Below, one piece after another: positions 8,562-13,185 of a DNA stretch of 13,185 nucleotides. Below the pieces are notes generated by a model. That model was not told the DNA's origin. It saw only the letters and a list, made by a program, of their open reading frames with translations, and did not search any database. How positions within the stretch are numbered: position 1 is the first letter of the stretch; each line of letters opens with the position of its first letter. The DNA comes from Octopus sinensis (Eukaryota), in assembly GCF_006345805.1 (NCBI RefSeq), contig NW_021826351.1, forward strand, positions 1 to 13,185, written 5' to 3'. A program made the position numbers and the translations under genes.

Positions 8562-8650
8562 ACTTATTTTGCCTTCTTTCTTTATATGGAAAAATCCCAT
8601 CCTCAACATTTAAATTTGTATACATACATATATAGCTACACACACACACA
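8562..8650 (+). repeat. ~85-bp dispersed direct repeat, copy 2
   Basis: acttattttgccttctttctttatatggaaaaatcccatcctcaacatttaaatttgtatacatacatatatagctacacacacacac; 5 substitutions plus a 4-bp indel versus copy 1. Confidence 0.85.
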
Positions 8651-8811
8651 TATATATACATATATATACATATAAACATGTACCTACAAACACACCCATA
8701 TACATACACACATACAGGCATACCTTTTCCAATGAGTTGTAGTGACCCTAACATCGTATACAATAAGCCCATTATAGTTATTATTATTATTATAATTAAT
8801 AAGAATCGGGC

Positions 8812-9003
8812 ATACAGGGCAAAATGCTTAGTGGTATTTCACTTGTCACTACGTTCCAAGTTCAAATTCCACCGAGGCGACTTTGGTTCATCTCCCCAGG
8901 GTCAATAAAACAAGTACATTTGAGTACTGAGGCCAATGTAGTCGACCGTCCGCTTCCCTACAAAATGTCAGGCCTGTGCCTTTAGAAGAAAGGACTGTTA
9001 TTT
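8812..9003 (+). mobile_element. Octopod SINE (tail type A), plus orientation
   Basis: gggcaaaatgcttagtggtatttc...aagttcaaattccaccgaggcgacttt...gggtcaataaaacaagtac...caggcctgtgcctttagaagaaagga is the reverse complement of the stack copies. Confidence 0.8.
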
Positions 9004-9118
9004 GTGCAGTGAATGACTTCATCGTTAATGTGTCGGACATTGAACGAAGCAAGGAGGGAGAATGCTTTAGAGTAGCTAACCCTGATGGAAATAACAGCCA
9101 AATCTCCTTCTAGTCAGA
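8999..9118 (+). repeat. 120-bp direct repeat, copy 1 (partner 10168-10287)
   Basis: tatttgtgcagtgaatgacttcatcg...gccaaatctccttctagtcaga; 116/120 identical to copy 2. Confidence 0.95.
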
Positions 9119-9609
9119 TTCTATTGTTATAGGAATGTATATATGTGTGTGATTGAGCAATGAACGAGAGCTCTGTATGTGTGTTAAATCACGAGAATTC
9201 TCCTATTTTGATCTGAGCTTTGTGTACTTAAGATCTTTAAAGCTTGATATTTTCTAAATACCTAAGTTCCGCACATTTGGTAACATTGGCTGCATCTCTT
9301 TTCATTTCTTGTGTTAGCATTTATCTGCCATAAGGATCAGAAAGGAGCCCTTTAATTGGTTGGAGAGGAGTGATATACTGATAATTAAATATCCTAATAC
9401 ACCACACACACATGTCCATATACATATATCTATGTATGTGTGTGTGTATATATCTCCGTATGTACTACTGTAATAATATCAAATTATTCCTCACAATTTT
9501 TTCTGTAACATGTCTCAGTTTTCTACTGAAAAATATTCTATTTCAACAGACATTCTTTGTTGCAGAAGACAAAACCTAAGAAAAACCAATGTATATAAAA
9601 TCCCTCTCA

Positions 9610-9968
9610 TCAATGTATATATGTGTGTGTATATAAATGTATGAATGTGTGTCTGTATATATGTAGGTCAGTAAGCACATGTATATATGCAGGGGTGAGT
9701 ATGTGCATGCATCTGTAGCTGTATATATGTGTGTATGTGCATATTAAGTATATGTATAGACATATGTAGTAAGTATATATACAAAGGTAAATATATATAT
9801 GAATATATGTGTATATATAAACATGTATATATATATAACTATGTGTATATAAGCATGTATGTATATATATGTGTGTGTGTATATGTATATATATATATAA
9901 ACGTATATATATGTGTGTGTATGCATATATATAAATATATGTGTATATAAACATATATGTATGTATAT
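9610..9968. repeat. Degenerate (TA)/(TG)/(TATG) microsatellite tract
   Basis: Direct inspection; source of several Y/I/H-rich spurious ORFs. Confidence 0.9.
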
Positions 9969-9969
9969 C

Positions 9970-10155
9970 GGGTGAGCTGGCAGAATCATTAGTACACCAG
10001 GCAAAAAGCTTAGCAGTGTTTTCATCTGACTTTATGTTCTGAGTTCAAATCCCATGGAGACTCACATTCAGGGACGATGCCCACTGGGACTGATGCAATC
10101 AAAACTGGAGCATTCCACGAATCTGCTGGCCTTGTGCCAAAATTTGTATCCAATA
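9970..10155 (+). mobile_element. Octopod SINE (tail type B), plus orientation, internally shortened
   Basis: ggtgagctggcagaatcattagtacaccaggcaaaaagcttagc...ttctgagttcaaatccc...gctggccttgtgccaaaatttg. Confidence 0.8.
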
Positions 10156-10167
10156 TATCTATATATA

Positions 10168-10287
10168 TATTTGTGCAGTGAATGACTTTATCGTTAATGT
10201 GTTGGACATTGAACGAAGCAAGGAGGGAGAATGCTTTAGAGTAGCTAACCCTGATAGAAATAGCAGCCAAATCTCCTTCTAGTCAGA
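10168..10287 (+). repeat. 120-bp direct repeat, copy 2, abutting the Penelope-like element
   Basis: tatttgtgcagtgaatgactttatcg...gccaaatctccttctagtcaga, immediately followed by the Penelope reading frame. Confidence 0.95.
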
Positions 10288-11151
10288 CATACATCAATAC
10301 TTAAATTTCCACTCCTGCCACCCATCCCACACAAAAAGAAACATCCCATATAGTATGGCACGACGAATATGTAGCATAGTAACTGATTCACAAATACGAT
10401 TAATAAGATTAGATGAACTCAAAAGCTTCCTCCTAGAGCAAAAATACCCCCTTAAACTAATAGAAAATGGAATCACAAGAGCATTAAAACTAGACATCAC
10501 ACAACTCAGGACACCCAAAACAAAAAACAAAGAAAAACACTATCCCTTTTATAAACACACAACAACCCTGGGTTACCAACATCTTCAAACCATACATTCA
10601 AACCTACCAATAGCCTTACAAAGCCCTAAAATGAAAAACATATTAAACAAATATAGCATAAAAAACAGTAGACGACAGGACAAAAACCTAAAAAAACACC
10701 TAACAAGAGCGAAATTCTCTTCAGAAACTAAAACGGAATTCTTTGCAAAAGAGTGCAAAGATGGTAGATGTGGGATCTGCAGCAACCCCACCTACAAATA
10801 CATAGAGAGTAACAGAGAGATAAGATTTAAAAATGGTGACATATTCAAAGTAAATGCAGATAGGAACTGCAAGATGCAGAACGTCATATACTGCATAACC
10901 TGCCCCACGTGCAAGGAGAATTACGTAGGTTGAAACTGGTATAATTCTTGGCCAGCGAGCCAGGATCCACCGACAAAACATATTCGGCAGGAAGAACTAC
11001 GCAAAATACCACTAAGCACACGCCTAGCTACATGTGGAGAAGGAAATTTAAGATATTTCCCTTCTACAAGTGTCCGAAGAACGACACCTCCTTCAGGAGG
11101 AATATGGAAAAACATTTCATAGCTAAGTTCTCCCCCAAATTAAATGGCTGA
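10286..11151 (+). mobile_element. 5'-truncated Penelope-like retroelement (PLE): RT C-terminal region, Cys-rich linker, GIY-YIG endonuclease (pseudogenised)
   Basis: In frame upstream of ORF 10355 is DIHQYLNFHSCHPSHTKRNIPYSMARRIC, typical of the PLE RT C-terminus. Then RRQDKNLKKHLTRAKF, CKDGRCGIC and NCKMQNVIYCITCPTCKENYVG (GIY-YIG). A 1-nt frameshift restores ETG..L..R..IHRQ, and ORF 10948 ends ...RNMEKHFIAKFSPKLNG*, the usual PLE endonuclease C-terminus. Several frameshifts. Confidence 0.9.
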
Positions 11152-11167
11152 AACTTTACTCAACATA

Positions 11168-11231
11168 CATTGAAGGACAAATTTTTCGATTTACAATATG
11201 ATACAGTGGAACATTTAATATATGTGTGTAT

Positions 11232-11269
<38 letters not shown>

Positions 11270-11780
11270 GGTTGTGTGTATGTATATGTTACCTGTTTAT
11301 ACATTATATTGTTTTTGCAATTTACTTGATCTTTACTTGCCAATTGTCATTCTAATTTTAACCTTCCTTGATATGCATTTTCAAGATGGTTGTAATTTGA
11401 TTGTTCATTTTGATTCGATAGAAGGTGGGATTTTCTCTAATATTTCATGTGTAAGCGTATATATATATATATATATAGTGACATTGAAGGACGCATCTTT
11501 CGATTTACAATCTAATATAGTAGAACATTTAGTATATGTCTGTATGTGTATATATATATATATTATATATCTGTTGTGTATATATGTGTATGGCCTGTTA
11601 TATACATATTAATTATATCTTTATCTTTATAATTACTTCCATCTTTACCTTTTAATTGTCACTTTAATTTTAACTTTCCTATGATATACAATTTTCAAGA
11701 TGGTGTAATTTGGTTGTTCATTTTGAACCGATAAAAAGGTTTTTCAAATATTTTATGTATAAGTCTGTGTGTGTATATAT
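11168..11780 (+). repeat. Two tandem ~310-bp direct repeats downstream of the PLE ORF (3'UTR / pseudo-LTR candidates)
   Basis: Unit 1 (11168-11481) and unit 2 (11482-about 11780) both begin cattgaaggac..ttcgatttacaat..gaacattta and share caattgtca/taattgtca, taattttaac, ttttcaagatggt and ttgttcattttga. Each has an internal (TA)n. Confidence 0.8.
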
Positions 11781-11939
11781 ATGTATTTGGTATAAATATC
11801 AACACACAAAATATTTTTTTTCTCTTCTTCACTTCCTTCCTCCCGTATTTTTATTTATTTTTTTAAATTTTTTATTTTTTTATTTTTATTTTTATTTTTA
11901 TTTTCCCTTTTCTCTTTTTGTCTCTCTCCCCTTCTCTAA

Positions 11940-12186
11940 ACACACAGAGACACACACACACACACGCACACACGGACACACAGAGACACACAGAGACACA
12001 CACACACACACACCTCCACAAAACGATCACAGAAAGTATGACCCCAAATGACATTTGTCCGGACAGCCTACCCACAACACACACTCAGTGACACCAGAAT
12101 GGACAGAGAGCCAAAATTCTTAGAAAACCATAGGGGGTCCAGCAGGCCAACGGAAGTACTTCTTCTTCCCTTCTCAGATACAAACG

Positions 12187-12218
<32 letters not shown>

Positions 12219-12262
12219 TCGCACACACACATACACACACACACATACACATACACGTACAC
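11940..12262. repeat. (CA)n / (CAGAGA) microsatellites at 11940-12012 and 12186-12262 flanking a unique ~170-bp segment
   Basis: Direct inspection. Confidence 0.85.
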
Positions 12263-12518
12263 ACAGTTTTCTCTGTCTCACTTCCTCCTCACCCTCTTAT
12301 ACTGTCTTATTCCTCCCCACTACTCCGAACTCTATAAAATGTTCCAATTCCCCACAAGGAATTGATTTGATTTGAAAACGCCACGCCACTGGAGTGGGAG
12401 AAAGCGCTAATAATCCGAATGATATGATCTGAATGAATGATAGATATATATGTAAAATGTATATATAAATAATATCTATAATAGAACCATCCGAACTGAT
12501 TACCCCTCATTTTTTCTA

Positions 12519-12521
<3 letters not shown>

Positions 12522-12569
<48 letters not shown>

Positions 12570-12637
12570 TCTATATATATAGATATATATATATACATAT
12601 ACATATATAATATATATATATATAGATATATATATAC

Positions 12638-12684
<47 letters not shown>

Positions 12685-12722
12685 ATATATATATATATAT
12701 ATAATATATATATATATATATA
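12522..12722. repeat. ~200-bp (TA)n microsatellite, interrupted
   Basis: Direct inspection. Confidence 0.95.
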
Positions 12723-13021
12723 GTGGATGTGCAATGGCCTAGTGTTAGGGCAGCGGACTCGCATTCGCAGGATCGCGGTTTTGATTCCAGACCGGGCGTT
12801 GTGTGTGTTTATTGAGCGAAAAACACTAAAGCTCCACGAGCCTCCGGCAGGGGTGGGTGATCCCTGCTGTACTCTTCACCAATCTTTCTCCCACTCTTTC
12901 TTCTGTTGGCCTGCTCGCTTAGCCAGCGCGGGGGGGGTCATTCGAAGGCTAAAACAATGCGAGCGCATTTTGACCACGATGTGTAACAACATCTGATGGT
13001 CTGGTCGGTCACGTGATCACG
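12723..13021 (+). mobile_element. tRNA-derived SINE, apparently near full length and CpG-rich
   Basis: Head gtggatgtgcaaTGGCCTAGTGTTagggcagcggactcgcattcgcaggatcgcGGTTTTGATTCCagaccgggcg has A-box-like (12735-12746) and B-box-like (12777-12788) motifs. Body recalled from an octopus SINE; ends ggtcacgtgatcacg; TA-rich flanks. Confidence 0.8.
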
Positions 13022-13039
13022 TTTATTAATATATATCTA

Positions 13040-13185
13040 TGTTTACGAGGGGACCTCCGAAAACTGTACAGAATCCCTCAGACAGGCCCGACTCGATCAG
13101 CGAATATTCCCGCCACGGAAACTCGCCGGGGAGGAGGGGAGAGAGAGACACAACAACAACCGCAGCAGCACAGAGAGATACAGAG
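13040..13185. other. CpG/GC-rich unique segment, possibly promoter or 5' exon of a gene continuing beyond the window
   Basis: About 10 CpG in about 145 bp, against a CpG-poor window. No ORF or clear splice signal. Confidence 0.25.

Noticed and set aside
9610-10025. Y/I/H/T- and M/C/V-rich ORFs here and at 2100-2719, 8340-8772, 11170-11612 and 11872-12764
   Set aside because: Translations of microsatellites or repeats; artefacts.
10585-11115. Three minus-strand ORFs (64-86 aa)
   Set aside because: Antisense shadows of the PLE ORF.
12735-12790. tRNA-like sequence as a possible tRNA gene
   Set aside because: No complete cloverleaf or acceptor stem; it continues into a SINE body.

Overview
AT-rich, repeat-dense eukaryotic DNA, very probably from an octopus genome. 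The interspersed repeats match my recollection of abundant octopod SINE-type repeats, and (TA)n/(CA)n/(AAT)n microsatellites are everywhere; no database check was possible. One likely host coding exon lies at the left edge: a minus-strand ORF from ATG 553 running off the window, at least 184 aa, unidentified and absent from the ORF track because its stop is outside the window. The rest is probably intron or intergenic DNA. It contains (i) a fully bounded, internally deleted Chapaev3-type (CMC superfamily) DNA transposon at 5857-7212 with TIRs and a TTA target-site duplication, (ii) a 5'-truncated Penelope-like retroelement (RT C-terminus, Cys linker, GIY-YIG endonuclease) at 10286-11151 followed by two tandem ~310-bp repeats, (iii) about a dozen SINE-like copies or fragments, including a four-copy head-to-tail stack joined by AAT-rich tracts, (iv) two fold-back structures and (v) two pairs of short dispersed direct repeats. 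Nearly all other ORFs in the track are microsatellite or antisense artefacts. I see no convincing new biological system. The most interesting items are the unidentified ORF, the Chapaev3 deletion derivative, the 120-bp duplicate fused to the Penelope truncation point, and the candidate dsRNA hairpins.
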